From: Iphione sp. A-MEVVRFRX5
Lineage: Eukaryota
Direction of reading: 5' to 3'
Assembly (NCBI GenBank): GCA_976226885.1
Contig: OZ320313.1
Coordinates: 116,064,001 to 116,128,000 of the forward strand
DNA: 64,000 nucleotides
In this document: piece by piece, positions 46,180-59,700 of the stretch
Layout: each line of letters opens with the position of its first letter
Numbering within the stretch: the stretch's first letter is position 1
Position numbers and translations under genes: made by a program
The notes under the pieces: generated by a model
Told to the model about the DNA's origin: nothing
What the model saw: only the letters and a program-made list of their open reading frames with translations
The model's database searches: none

Positions 46180-46760
46180 AATTTGGGATCATTATCAATT
46201 CTTTGCAACAACCGCACAGTCCTACCTTATATTAAAGCCGCTGATGAACATCAAAAGCCGTCAAGAACATTCATCAAGCCTTTAATAAGTGGGCGCACTG
46301 TACACGCGCTGGGAACGTGCCGTAGGTCGATAAAGCATGCCCATCTAATTGGGTCATCAGCTCATGCGGGTTCAGCTACCTTCAATGCACTCAGGCAGCT
46401 GCCTGAGTGGGCCAACAAAAATAACGTAAGAAAACAATGGTTACGTGGACATATTACTCCAACGTCATTGCGTTACGTGGCGTACTCGAAATGTCGGCAT
46501 GCTGGACTGTCGTATTTCTTGAGAACACGTGCTGTACATGGGGCATAATGATACAACTACCCAGCGTCCCGCGGTGGATTGGTGTTCACCGATCAATAGT
46601 GGTCATTGATTTCTCCAAGTGGCTGATTTCTGAGATGCCAGACAACGGTCACGCCTACAATCTCACAGCTACTGTCTTTTCCCATATGGCGGCCTACTGT
46701 TCCCAACCGGCGCTCAATACTCTAACCAGCATCTCGTACGAATAGTACAGCTTGATTGTA
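46180..46760 (+). mobile_element. Decayed Gypsy/Ty3-type integrase fragment
   Basis: HAHLIG..AHAGSATFNALRQLPEW...RYVAYSKCR resembles the HHCC zinc finger (H..GH.G...T...LR...WW...YV..C..C). SIVVIDFSKW resembles the core LVVVD.FSKW. Confidence 0.55.
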
Positions 46761-47989
46761 TCATTTCGATAATTATCTTCTACATTAAAGCATCTCTGAT
46801 TTAAATGTTATATAAAAAAGGAAAGTTTGAATGGCATAATCTGTGAATCATCGTGCACGTTGTTCTGAATGTCTGTAAAGTATAGGCTATAGGCCGCTTA
46901 TCTGACACGGAATGACTGAACATTGACCTGAATCGAGAAAGTCTATGCAGTAGATTGGTCTTTTGCTGGGCTCTTCTCACAGACTGACTGTTGCAGCTGT
47001 AGGTCCTCTGTTTTAAATTTGCACTTGTTTGGCACTGAAGTGCTCCATCTTAGAGATTATTTCTGACGTGAACTACAGGGAGATTCAATGCGGTGCTGCA
47101 GCACGTGCCAGATGACCAAGGAGCAGTGCATGTCACATTATTTAATGGTTTCGTTAATGTGGAGACGTACGAGGCACGTTTGACAAGATAAAGAGAGCAT
47201 GGTGCTTCTCACATACATCTCTCATGTTGTAATTCGGCATCATGTGTGTTTGAACACCGAGGCAAGATGGCTTCTGAAGATCGCAGGCAGTATTTGCACT
47301 CTCGGGTCATATCTCTAAATTGTCTCTGCAATCATCTTGAGGTCATGCTTCAGACACTAATGAGTGGTGCGGAGGTCATAATAGGCACCTGTGTCCTAGT
47401 TTATTGAAGTAAAGCTGATAAGTCTTTCCTGCGATAAATTTAGGGATGATAAGCATCTGTTCGGCTTGCCGATGCGTGTACCTAAACGCCCTCAATCCCT
47501 GACAGTATCATGAAATTATTTTCTGAGTAGAACATAATAAATAATGGTAGATATATAAAAGTAAATCCACAACCTTGATGATAGTAATAATGTGCTGGTA
47601 TACATGCATTAATTCTTATTCTACTTGGTAGCTGCCGTAAGCGCGAATACATATCCTTTGATGTGATATACACTCCGCTATAGTTGTTTTCTGATACTTA
47701 TATAAAAGCATTGCAAATATAACTGAAACTTCAGAGCACACGATGAATACACACTCATGCCGACTGATTCCGCAAAAATTAACGTCCTGCTGTTAGTAGC
47801 CTATTAGGTAATGGGAAAAAAACATTGGATATGTCTTAAACTGTTACAATTCGAAATTAATATGTACAGTGTATCTACATGTATATATTATGAATATGCA
47901 TCAGAAAATAGAAGTTGGTCTCATCTACTTTTCAGTTGGTCCGGAAATAAGATACAGTGGAACGCCACCGTATAGAGGGGTGTAGGGAC

Positions 47990-48300
47990 TGTATTAAAAT
48001 TGTCCACAAGGTGCTCGTGTCGGCTTTGTGAACTTGTGATTTGGTTCTGAGGTCAATCTCTCCACTAGCTGGTCACAGCCGCAATGTGGTCTATCCGTAA
48101 AGTGACATTCCACTATGTCTTGGATGCGAAAGCATTGAGCAACATGCGAACGTCTTGCGGAGCATGTTCTACGGCTAGCACCATGTAAGGCACTAACCGC
48201 GCGTTCTCTGTATGTGGGACAAGCGTCCGCCATAGCGTCGATGCCCGCCCGATGGAGACAGGTGTCAGACCTGCTGCTGTTGCTGCTGCTGCTGTTTCTG
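47990..48300 (+). mobile_element. RTE-like 3' fragment (decayed)
   Basis: HVLRL...MPARWRQVSD resembles GHVLRM...GRP.RW.D. Confidence 0.3.
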
Positions 48301-49099
48301 CCAATTTATGATGGTCACAAGACGTGCCGGCGATGGGCGGGGTCGTGTGCTTCGTGCCGTGACGTGTGGGGGGTGCTAATGGCATACCACCAGGCGGCGC
48401 TTGCTGTCACGCCGGCGCACCGAGGTGGCCGTCTCAAATTGAATATAACTCACACTGAATGGATCCCAACTGACCCTTCAAGACTTATCGGAAGGAACCG
48501 CATCGTCACCCTCACCCAGAGCCCGGCATGAAGCGAATGGCGAGGGAAAGAGCTGGAGCGAAAATAACCAAAGGGAGTAGAATGGTGACGAGAATACTTC
48601 AAGTGAAAATAACCAACGGGAGTAAGGGACAGGAAGACGTGTAAGCCCTTCGAAAATAGTCAGCTAGGGCTCCTAACTACCATGCGGGCAGTATATTAAA
48701 GACTGGTTTGCCACTATTGTTTCAATTATCCTGGTTTGGACTGAAAATAGGGCATTTTCTGTTACACACGCTTGTGATGTGTCGAAAACAGGACAGCAAA
48801 ATGGACAATATCAATTAGGTGTGTTTTTTTAAGAACTAGTTATCACAATTTTGTATGTAGCCCTACTACTTAGAAGTCCATTATGTACTTCACACACCCA
48901 GAGGTAATAATTTGTATGATAAGGGGCACGGGCAGCACATTAGTCCATGATCATCTCAAAATAGAAAAGGGAGTTGACACATTTTGTCATTAGGAAATGC
49001 CGCGCACTACCCCCATGGAACCAGGCAACCAGTGTATGAAGTGTTCTGTACCCATGCAGATACTGAACAATCAATATGAGAAGTAGGGAATACAATGTC

Positions 49100-49700
49100 G
49101 AAGATCAACAATGCCAACTTCAACCACCCAAATAGGTTTTACTGTTTAACCTGGAAGCCCACCAAGAGGAAGTATATATTAACGATAATTCCACTGTCCT
49201 CGTCAGGACTAGAGAATATATGGTACAAATCCTCACATTTGGGAAACTGCCAATTTCATGGGTCTGATAATGCAGATGGATTACAGTGGAAAGGTGTACA
49301 ATGACCTGCTATTATCCAACTTGCTCAGGATGCAGAGTTGCCCAGACAGACAAACAAAGCACGCTCATAAATGTAGCTGGCGAATATGTATGGTCGAGGT
49401 AAATAATGTTTTAATGGAAGGCCGCTCTTTTATACTGGATGAATGTTTAAGTACTGTTGACAATTGTTTAGTCAGTAGGGTCACTTTTCTATATGAATGG
49501 TCTGATTTTACTACCCACAAATGCAGAGATATTGTACAAGCTTGGATCAAGCCATCATCATCCTATTGTTGTCTGTGTACTTCAGTCTGTGATCAAGTCC
49601 GCGACAGAAAGATTCTCGTTATCATGATATCCAATCCAAACACGCAGTTTGCCATGTCAATAAAAGCATCCTCAAGTACATGCAGGGAGAGATGAATGAT
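49100..49700 (-). mobile_element. Decayed LINE RT N-terminal fragment
   Basis: VVKSDHSYRKVTLLTKQLSTVLK resembles KGD...NYR.ITLL....K.L. Confidence 0.3.
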
Positions 49701-50621
49701 ATAGTTGCCTGCAGCGTGAACAGAAGTAATGTTACTGTATCGTTATGACAGATAGCATATGGCATTTTCTGGCTCGTTTGTATTTGGGCGCTAATAAAGG
49801 GAAAGCGGTCATATAGGCGCTGTCACGTCACTGGACGCAGAACGGCCTAACCTTCGCCCGACCGTCTACGTGCTTTCCATTTAAGACAAACAAAACTCAA
49901 ATTCCCGGTGTTTTATGTGTCGCTGTCGTCATGGTAGTTCGTTTGTACGTGGGATGAGATCCATCATACTCCTGGAAGGGCAATTTGCACAAAGTGTGGG
50001 TGAAGTCCCCACGGCTTATGTTTGCCTTGCTGTTTTCCGTGGTAAATTGAGGTATTTTCCAGCATGAAATGAAAGCTATGAATAACGGTGGCAGCCTTAG
50101 CAGACGACTTCCCGGAATAGGGCAGTGTGCAGGATATGGATGTATTGCTAAATGGCACACTCTGGCCCTATCGCCCCCTTCCACAAGTAGCCGGTCGCCA
50201 GTCGATCAAACAGGGATTTAGACTCTCTGGGTTACTTTTTAAATCACCCCAAAGCAAGTACGGCATCAGGGACAATACAGTAGGCATAGGGTGGGGTATT
50301 CTGCCTGCTACACTGCTTGATCTATTTGCGTAGAGGGGCTCCCTGCTGTCAGAGGCACATGTGCCTAATACCGAGAAAAATAATTCATTGTGGATCAGTT
50401 CCCCACAACAGAACTTGGCACCTTTTTATTTCGCATTTCCTTTTGAAACGTGTCATTGTGTATTATTGAACAACACTCTGGCACGTACACTGTTCACTGC
50501 ACAATGCATCGCATTAGCGCAAGTAGCTTTGCCCTGAAGGTATATTTGCCTTTCTGACAGTTGAACATCGTGATGGCTTCTCAAAGCACACACTTAACGT
50601 ACAAACAGGTTAAACAAACTA

Positions 50622-50788
50622 CAGTCGAACCTCGTCAACCAGACAACTCCGATTTCCGATTTTGTCCGGATACAGGATATTCGGTTAACGAAACAGGAAA
50701 CCATTAAATAAGACAATCCGTTCCTCAAGTTGGGTCCAGTTAATGCAGTTTTCCGGATTGCGACTCTCTGGTTGGCGAGATCAGACTG
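50622..50788. mobile_element. 167-bp Tc1/mariner (pogo/Tigger-like) MITE
   Basis: TA flanks; TIRs CAGTCGAACCTCGTCAACCAG / CTGGTTGGCGAGATCAGACTG. Confidence 0.85.
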
Positions 50789-51029
50789 TACTTCATAATG
50801 TCTACAGATGAACATAATATTAATGTAAAAGTTATCTTGTCTTACCCAATTTCAGTATGCAATAATTATTTGAATTATCATTGATATCATATATATTTAT
50901 AAAGTAATGCATAAAGTCATAACAGATAAAGGTATGTTCAGGTATTACGTTTATAAATACCTATTTCCATACACTCATTAGATTACAATGGGTTTTAATT
51001 AAGCTATAACCATCAGACTTCGCCACTTC

Positions 51030-51030
<1 letters not shown>

Positions 51031-51086
<56 letters not shown>
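51031..51086. repeat. (TC)n microsatellite
   Basis: Read directly from the sequence. Confidence 0.97.
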
Positions 51087-52908
51087 GCTCGCTCTTTGTC
51101 TTCGGCAACTAAAGCCTATCTCATCTCTGAAAGGTCTACACCGTATTATCGAAAATGGTACATACTGACAGTGTTTGTTTCCTCTTCCTATCGGTCTGTC
51201 ATTAGGAGAATGTATCGTGCTGATTTGTCTCACAATAACAACCATCGGCCCCCTCACTTGGGAATGCTGTAACGAGTCTCTAATATCTCCCGTCGCCTGC
51301 GCGCAAAGCATGGCTCCCATCGCCTATTGTTTTCTCCGAGATGAGCAGCAGGTGCTCCATGGGAAATACTCTCTTCAAACATACCGAAATGCTACAGTGT
51401 AATTTGGATGCGCTCGGCGAACGTGAATATATACTTGCCATGAGAAAGCCGACTGATTCAGTATCAACAACGTTCTGCCAAAGTTATATACTCCTACCTT
51501 TTTTTTTTCTTGATTTTTGTTCATGTACGGCGCTGCGGACTTGATTCGCATGCTACATCCGTACCTCGACGTCTCCTTGTTCTTGAGAGCATGCCATATC
51601 CCCGGTCCTGACTACTTGCAAAGGACATGCAATGTGTGCTCTCCAACCGAGCATGACCCGCTTGGTGAGCAGTTATAATACCTGTTATTCGCTTGTAGCA
51701 CCGATGAATAAAACATAGACGCAGTATATTCTACCTACCAAGTCTGTAAATCATGCACGCATATATATGTGTTCTGCTGTTGACCGAGCCACAAAAGCAA
51801 AGCAACACAATACCCTCCACACTACCAAACGCTGTGCATTTCAATGCCGGGTCGAAACTTTGGTATAACATATTGAATACGATAGGCAATTCGAGTACGC
51901 AAATTAGTTTAATCCCTGAACAGGTCGATCTCTAATGATAAGACGATTAGATTAAACCCGGAACAGCCGGGGTAGGTTTCAATTATGTCCCAGGGAGAAT
52001 TTACCCATATGGGCCCAGCGCAATATCATGCGATCTCGTATATACCAGACGATTGGCAGCACTCGAAAAGTGAACCCCTGCATAACACCTTTTTTCACCT
52101 CTTCGGTCGTATATGTATACCATTTTCTTTCAGATATTACATTAACTATAACTGGGTTTCTATGTGCAGAGTATGTTGTTTATATGGTCTTAAATGATAA
52201 CTTTAGAGAACATAAAGTTAAGGAATTAGAATATTTCAAAGATATTAGTATATATTTAAATTCAACATCCTTTACCCGTTTTGTCTCTCTAACTATCTGT
52301 TTGGATTAATCTCGATAAAATCGATAAAAGGTATTTGGATAAAATCTGAAATTGGTATCTCAACATATAAGATATATGGATTTTATATTGTGTACTTTTA
52401 GTATTGTATTTTATTATTTTCCTTGTACTAAACGGAACTTCTGTCCTTTTCTTTTCTTTGTACTAAACGGATTCAGTTATATGTGAAACATATTATGGGA
52501 TTTGAAATGATAAACCTCTGTCTTCCTTGTATAGAAACAAACTGACTACTTGAAATAATTGTCAGAACATTTTTTTTCTATGCTTGTACACAATATTTGA
52601 TCAGTTATGGTCTGGTATCATTTTTGACCAGGGTAAATAAAAGTTTTAAAAATAAGGAGAGAGACCGAACGAGAGACCGTTTGATAAGTAATGAATGCCT
52701 TACTTTTTGTAAAGGTTTGAAGAACTTTTATCATGATTACTCATTCATCCCTATGAGCGACTCAGACATTGCCCAATTGAAAAATATGGCCAGCTTCCCA
52801 AACGGGCTGTTCCTTTTGCACAGCTGTCAACCGAGGAGATGCGATTCTACGGATACGTGTAATCCTTTGCCCTACGATACAATGTGCAGCTTTTCTATGT
52901 GTATACGT

Positions 52909-53131
52909 GTGTTACAGGGGGGGATCAACTATTCTGTTGAAGCGTTATTGAGTGATTTGAATTCTTGGTGAAGTGTTATGTGCCTTCCAAATTAAACGAG
53001 AAGCGTTATGAGGTATTTCCTGGTGAAGCGCTATCAAAGAATCAATTCTTGGTGAAGGGTTATATGCTCTTCCTTTAAGCGTTATGGTTGTTTTGAATAC
53101 TTGGTGAAGCATTACTGGTACCCCCTGACAC
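52909..53131. repeat. Short element with ~7 copies of a (TTCTTGGT)GAAGCGTTAT motif between G-run/C-run inverted ends
   Basis: Motif copies at about 52938, 52962, 53000, 53018, 53046, 53077 and 53098. Ends GTGTTACAGGGGGGG and CCCCCTGACAC. Confidence 0.6.
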
Positions 53132-56100
53132 CCCCTGTGTGTGTTCTGTCGCCAGTGTAGGCAAAGGCGGAACTGAGTAGGTGCATAGAACCCATCATAT
53201 GTTCCAATTTGCGTATTATACCATACTTTTCCTGGTTGAGTATGGAGTTAGCGTGTACGTAGCTGCAACATTCTAGGGCACATCAAGATGGTTAGAGAGA
53301 GAAGGGCTGTCTCAAAGCAATTTTACAAACACGCGAAACGCGCCAGGCCGCCATGATGGAATTAATACAGCTGAACATGGGAACCAGAGGTGTTAAGAGG
53401 TTGGCAACGGGTGTGCAACATGTTACTTAGAACTCTGCTGGTTGCTGCTTCTGATTACAAACGCGGTCATTAACTTGCATAAGGGCCCCTTTTCTAATAA
53501 TAACATCCGGTTCTGGTCTCATCTCATTTAGTCTCGCCTGATAAGTAAAGGCTTGCAGAGGTAGCATCGATTGTGGAATATAACATTAAGGTGACATTGC
53601 GTCATTTGTCAATAGCAAAACGTTGTCCACTTAGTTTTACAGATTTAAAGAAAGTGTTAAATGTCATTGGTTGCGTTTGTGTTGTGGACTAGAACGATAA
53701 ATGAGACATAGGTGTACCTCCGACATTCCATTGGCTAAAACAACTTCTCTATATTATGTACGTCCAGTACGTGCGCAAATCATTTCAGAACTATCTTTTT
53801 TGCGTGAAAGAAAAGGTTTCCAGTATGGGTTACAGAACGTTCTTACATTGTCAGCAATCAGTCAGTTGAGGGGGGAGGGGTAGTTTAAATCAGTTAAAAT
53901 CCTTGGACGAGCTTACACTTATTAATGTCCTCGTCAATCGGACATTATTGTGTGTAGTCGCTGGTCCTTGTATTTTAACTAATACATAGTGTGATCTGCG
54001 GCAATTTGCGTTCGCCGATATGCGCTTTGCTCGAAGACCAGATTACGTCAGCATATTTTAAAGAGAAAAAATGGCAATGATGGAACTTGAACGGTGGGAA
54101 ACGTAACAAACATAGGAAGTTATTCGCGAACAGACTGCAAGAGCACATGCTCTCCTAAGATTAAGTACAAAAAGAAATGGGAATTACTTCAAAAGATGTC
54201 CACATATTTCAAGGCTCAAAGAGGAAATCAATTTAAAGGATTATTTGAAGTCATAAACACGTGTAACTATAAATATAAATAGTGTTAGGTCGGCTTCTGA
54301 AGATTTAATCTTTATCTGAGAAACCCTTTTTTCTTCCTCGTCACATATCCATACAAAGATCCAATGATGGAGGACAAACCATGGGAAATTACGTCAGTGC
54401 GTAAAGACCCATTAAATCTAATTTAGGACATATATTGCCTTCCTATCTGAAAATTTGCGGACAATTGAAACCACCTAGCTTAACTGCTCCCTGACAACCA
54501 ACTGTTGAGGAGCTGTAGAATCCTAAAGAGATAGCTCAACCATCCTACATTATAGTGCCCACCCAATCGTGTAAGATGCTTATCAGTCTTCTATGAAAAA
54601 AGAAGATGAGTTATATGCACAGAGCAAGAGAGATAAATAGACAGACAGACAGACAGAGAGGGGGAGTTCTGAGCTTTTTTAAGTTTGTTAGCTGCACATT
54701 TTAGAAAAACACTATTCATTGGAAAATGATCACACCATCCACTTTTCTATTTGGTCCAAAGACTATCTCGTAGGTGCACATAGCTAAGCGCCGGTGTATT
54801 ACTTTAAATATTGTTTCTGATATTGATGGCTTTATCGTTGAGCGTAGATAATCGACACTGAACTAGGCTTGGCACTACATTCGGTCTTTGCTATCGTAAC
54901 CTTCAATCGACATCCGCGGCAAGTGTGCCAGAAGGTCATCTAAGAGTGCAGAATGCCTTATCAATATTCATGGTTTGTAGATTCCTGCTGCGTGACTTGT
55001 AAGCGCTTGCTAAGACACAAGGGCCCATAAACTCTTATGTAAGACATGAGCACCTCCCGGACATCACCGTGTTGTTCATCCGTGAGGCTGGGGCTTCTAC
55101 AAGAGTTGCTCCTGACACCGCTTCCCTCTCTGTTCAGATTGATCTAATCTTGTACATCATTAACACATTGACACTGCCCGCGGGATCCACTTATCTGCTT
55201 ACGTAACTTAATATACATGACTGAGTGTGTACTGCATTCTTTCGCACGCCCGGGCAGCGACGTGCCGATGGCAGGCGAGGTGACGCCAATCAGAGCATGC
55301 GGTGCCCGAAGCGCCAGTTGCCTTTTGACGCCCTCTGCCCGGCGTGCGACAAGAAGACCAAGATAATGAGTGCCTGGCTGTGGATGACCTCACCCATGCC
55401 GGGAGCTAATTAGATCGTTTGACGAGCAAATGTGAGTCGCCAGCACGCGTGAGCACCGAGCGTAATGAGACCTCGATTGATGTATGATCAGAGCGAAAAC
55501 AGCCCTCGTTCGGAGGATTAATGCAAAGAGATAAGCCAGACGCTCCACTTGAGCCTGTCGTGGTGTGGTCTCTCTATTATATTGCATTGCTGTCTCCCTT
55601 GATGGACTACAAACAAAACGAACGCAAAGGAATCGCGAGCAAGTCTGCTTCTGCTCTTAATTAACCTCATCTACAAACAATTTACACTCTCATCATGTTC
55701 GGCTCACATCTACATAATTTGAGAAACGACGATTAATTATTAGAAAATCAATTATATGCCTTTAATTGGTATGGTAAATTCCCAATCATTTGTATTTATT
55801 CAAATAACGCGTCGGTCAATATTTGGTCCATTCTCGCTGGAATCACTCTTTCTCAAATATCCCTAAGGCGGAGACAACCACAGTAGGCCAGACGGGCATC
55901 TGACATATTTGGGAGAATAACAAGTGGACTGCTATTGGGGCACACTCCTTGAGCCATTATTCTCATGACTGCAGAGTAGGTTCTAACTATACAAGCACCT
56001 TCTTACAGACAGGAGATTTTTTGTTCGTCATGGTAGGAATAGATGAGTACGATCGTTTCCTTTGTCTCTGATTTCGAGTGTCTCTAAATCGGCTAATTGT

Positions 56101-57899
56101 TTCAATCATCACTGGTGCGCTGTCTGTTAGTAGGTACCATAATAATTATTCAGTTTCCAGTGATACCTACATTGGTACGTCCGTTTTGTCATTAGGGATT
56201 TTAGAATGATCCACACTAACATTCTTTTAATTGTGATTCATTCCGCTAGGCCATATCTGAAATGAATGTTCAGAAGACACATATTATAAAGGAGATGAAT
56301 ATGGCTGGCACCAACTCTATGCTACGTTTAAGTAAATTATACCTCAAACAGTATTCCAGGCAAAGAAAGAATGCATGTTTCCGTTATCCTTTGGAATACA
56401 ACTTTATCGACTTCACATGATTTAGTTTATATGGTATCCTTATATTATACATGTAAATCTATGTTAACTTCAAAGGTGAACTGACCGACCATTCGTGTAA
56501 TCAGTAGATACGATATGGGTGAACGAATGACTGTATTGATACATGTGCGGTACCGGGATCGGTACGCAGTAATGATAAACGTGTGCGCGGAAGTGTGTTC
56601 AGGTTGGAAAGTAGGAGGACTGGACAAAATGAGATGATATGCAAGTAAAAATTAGCATATATGCAGGAATTGCTTCGCGGGCCAAGTGAGAAACGGACCA
56701 ATCACTGACTGGCAGTTTACTGTAGTGTCACAGGGGACAGATGGATCCTCAGAGCTGCTCCCTGTGGAAAAAGGCTGCTGGTCCGAATTCTCCGCTGAGG
56801 CCTATTGTTGCCTTGTCGGGCGGGGACAGCCCCGGGGGTGGGCGGTAGAGAGGGCTAGATGAAGAGAGAAATAGATAGAGAGTGCGTGCGTGGCGGAGGT
56901 ACGACCGTAGATACACTCAGCCTTTAAGACTGGCTCGTCCATCAGGGCGCCACTGGCCGTGATCGGTTGTTGAAACTACTATAGCGACCCCTACAAACCG
57001 ACAGTCTTCTGTATTCGGAGTCGTCGTTGAAGGAAACGAAGAGAGAATCTCGCTAACGCTGTAACGAATGGACAGCGCAAAAACCATAGTTAGATTTCCC
57101 TCCTCTGGGACGGACAGTTCCAAAACCACTGTCTATACTCGACAATGCTTTTGTCCAACGTGTAGAGAATAAATTCATACTCTACTGTTGATTTAAAAGT
57201 CCACATGACACCATATTACGTCTTATATCTGTGCATGGTTCTCTTTTATTGGTAGTAATTTGATGTATTGTCGAACCACCCTGTCCACTGCTGACAGGTG
57301 CTGTAAGTCTGAGACACTCTTTCAAGCTATTACACTGTGAGTGAAGTCCCCTTAGATACAGATAAGATACCCGCTACCCTATGCTTATGTTTGGTCCTAA
57401 TATTTTTGAGGATAAGGCCTCAAGATCTTCCATGTGTCTGATTTTAGTTCACATATACAGAATTTGTGCATGCAGAAAATGCAATTATATGAGAATGGCC
57501 TCAGGTTATTCAATGTGTCCAGTTCGTATGTCTGCATCCATGGGTCAGTGCTCAAACAAGAAATGTCCCTAAATTCTCCCATACCACAGAGACACGCCAG
57601 TAGCATGAAAGCGCTGCTTATTCTTAGACCCAGGCCAAGACACAGGCTAGAGAAACATAAAATTCATCTGCTTCATTTGCATATTGTAATGTGAGCTTGG
57701 TCTCCGACAAGGTAGGCAATGAGAAATGATAGCAATGATCATAAAATATGGTTCACTCGAAATGTAGAAATCTAGCCTGCTGAGATGGTGCTCTCTTGGA
57801 GTGAAATTGAGAGAATAACTGTTTATTACAGGAAAAAGTACAGTCTTATAAAAAAAATTGTACTCCTGTAGAAAGGTTACATGATACTTTGATTATGTA

Positions 57900-58480
57900 A
57901 GAATGTCGCAGAATAGCAATGCTCCAGATATATGTCTGGTTCCTGTACTAAAATAGACTCCATCTAGACATTCCATCTAGACTGTTGCTAAAAATAACCT
58001 CTGCAACCTTCTGATTGGTTGTTCCTATCGTGGCTCCTGTAAAGTTACCAGAGTAACCATGTGATCACTCTTACATAATACTTGGACATCAGATTATGCA
58101 ATAACAATCAACCCCAATGTCTATTCTTAGCCTATACTCACACCACATGGTGAGGAACCCGGCAGATGATGAGCATTAAAGACATACAATTTTCACAGAT
58201 ATGCTTTAACTTCCACAGATTTCTTCAGGTTCCACACAATTTCACAGTTATAACGCAAGGGAAAACAGAAAATACACATATACAATTACTTCAGAATTGC
58301 ACACGTGGAATAGGCCCATCTGTGAGTGTTCGGGAAGGTCTAAGAATTTCACCAACACTCCTGCATGGACCCCGTATAAATATATATTTTATTTACAAAA
58401 CTGACACATGGAATACCAACCTAAGGGTTATTGTCCATGTGTCCACTTCTATGTTGTACATCGATACATTTAAAAAGTAA
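57900..58480 (+). mobile_element. Decayed LINE RT fragment
   Basis: SVREGLRISPTLL..PRIN (in ORF 58166-58480) resembles GVRQG..LSPTLF...IN. Confidence 0.4.
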
Positions 58481-58779
58481 AAAGTCATCTCTACGAAGAT
58501 GTTACATGTATACCCATTTACATAACAGCTGACAGCGAGTGCCCTCCCATGTAAGCATGATATATTGGTCCATTCCACGGATCAATTAGAAAATCTACTC
58601 AGGTTTGTTTCTGGGATTTACGTATCTGTTTTTCCATCTGTTTTCACCCCCCCCCCCCCTCTATACGGTACAGTGACAATTTGCATCTGCCGACCACAGG
58701 CTGACTACCCACTTACCCAAAAATGTATCAGGTATGTGAAACATACGTATATATGCGTGGGCAAAGCGGCTAATTGCCT

Positions 58780-59110
58780 TCATATCGTGCTCCATTCCCA
58801 ATTCCTCCCCGTGATCCCTGGCAAGCCCCAGACCCTTAACGCAGTACTGACCGCTGACCCTCTCCGCCCACTCCCCTTTTGGTATCCTTCCACTGGAAAG
58901 AGCTGGTCTGAGTATCCCCCACCTTCATCCTACGAACTCCACCAGACGGGGCGCTTAATGGGCAGGACGGACTCAATGTCACGACATCAAAGTAGGGTTA
59001 GCCACAGCCAGCGGGAATCAGATAAATCATATTTGCTGGATCGAGAGCTGAGCTGGACCGTTGGCCAGGCGATCTACGTCCAGCTGAGGGGTCAGTCGGG
59101 AACTTAAAGA
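58780..59110 (+). mobile_element. RTE-like 3' coding fragment (decayed)
   Basis: SYELHQTGRLMGR...LLDRELSW resembles LYGEL..G.R..GRP...A.DR..W. Confidence 0.4.
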
Positions 59111-59332
59111 ACACGATGAGACAGATTTGTCACCATTTCGCACGATCGTAGCGAACAGATGGGTGTAAAAACAAAGTTTGGTGTTACTTTCCGTCCAGTG
59201 GCCGTTCTCATGCTTCTATACAATAGTTATACAAATCGAGGAGTAATGGTGAGTTACGGCAAGATCGTAATAACGCCAGGTCTGACCGCGTAACCCCTAC
59301 ATACCGATTAAGATCATAACAAAAACTGGCAT

Positions 59333-59700
59333 ATTCAATTCAATTCAATTCAATACATGTTTATTGAGCAACACTATTACTTAAACCTAAGTGTTTCCCA
59401 ATATGTGCTCAGGAGGAAAGATTGTTTTCCTGCACTGTAGCCAGGGAATAAGGAACATAAGGAATAAGGAACACAAGTTAGAAAACTTTCACTTTTGGTG
59501 AAATCTTTATGATAAAGTTTGTTTCTTAAAAGATGCAAGGATGGAACCGCAAATTTGAGCCATGTAATTACATGTGAACAGGTAAATTTCATATAATTAA
59601 TGTAATTTTATCCATATGTATTGCATAGAATGTACAGTTAAACACTTCATTATGGACATGTAGGTGAAGGGACGGTGCCAAAATTGTCCACAATGTGGCC
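59333..59700 (-). mobile_element. LINE 3' end with (TTGAA)n tail
   Basis: Minus strand ...CTCAATAAACATGTATTGAATTGAATTGAATTGAAT, preceded by an end-of-ORF2-like segment. Confidence 0.6.

Noticed and set aside
48560-48624. Two 20-bp direct repeats (GAAAATAACCAA.GGGAGTA) with a 25-bp spacer as a mini-CRISPR or att pair
   Set aside because: Only two copies and no associated genes; a local duplication is sufficient.
49258-49695. 145-aa plus-strand ORF
   Set aside because: No motifs. The opposite strand carries RT-like remnants.
58565-59107. 180-aa ORF as a host gene (PGKPQTL looked FN3-like)
   Set aside because: The 5' half is low-complexity non-coding-like sequence and the 3' half fits a decayed RTE C-terminus better.
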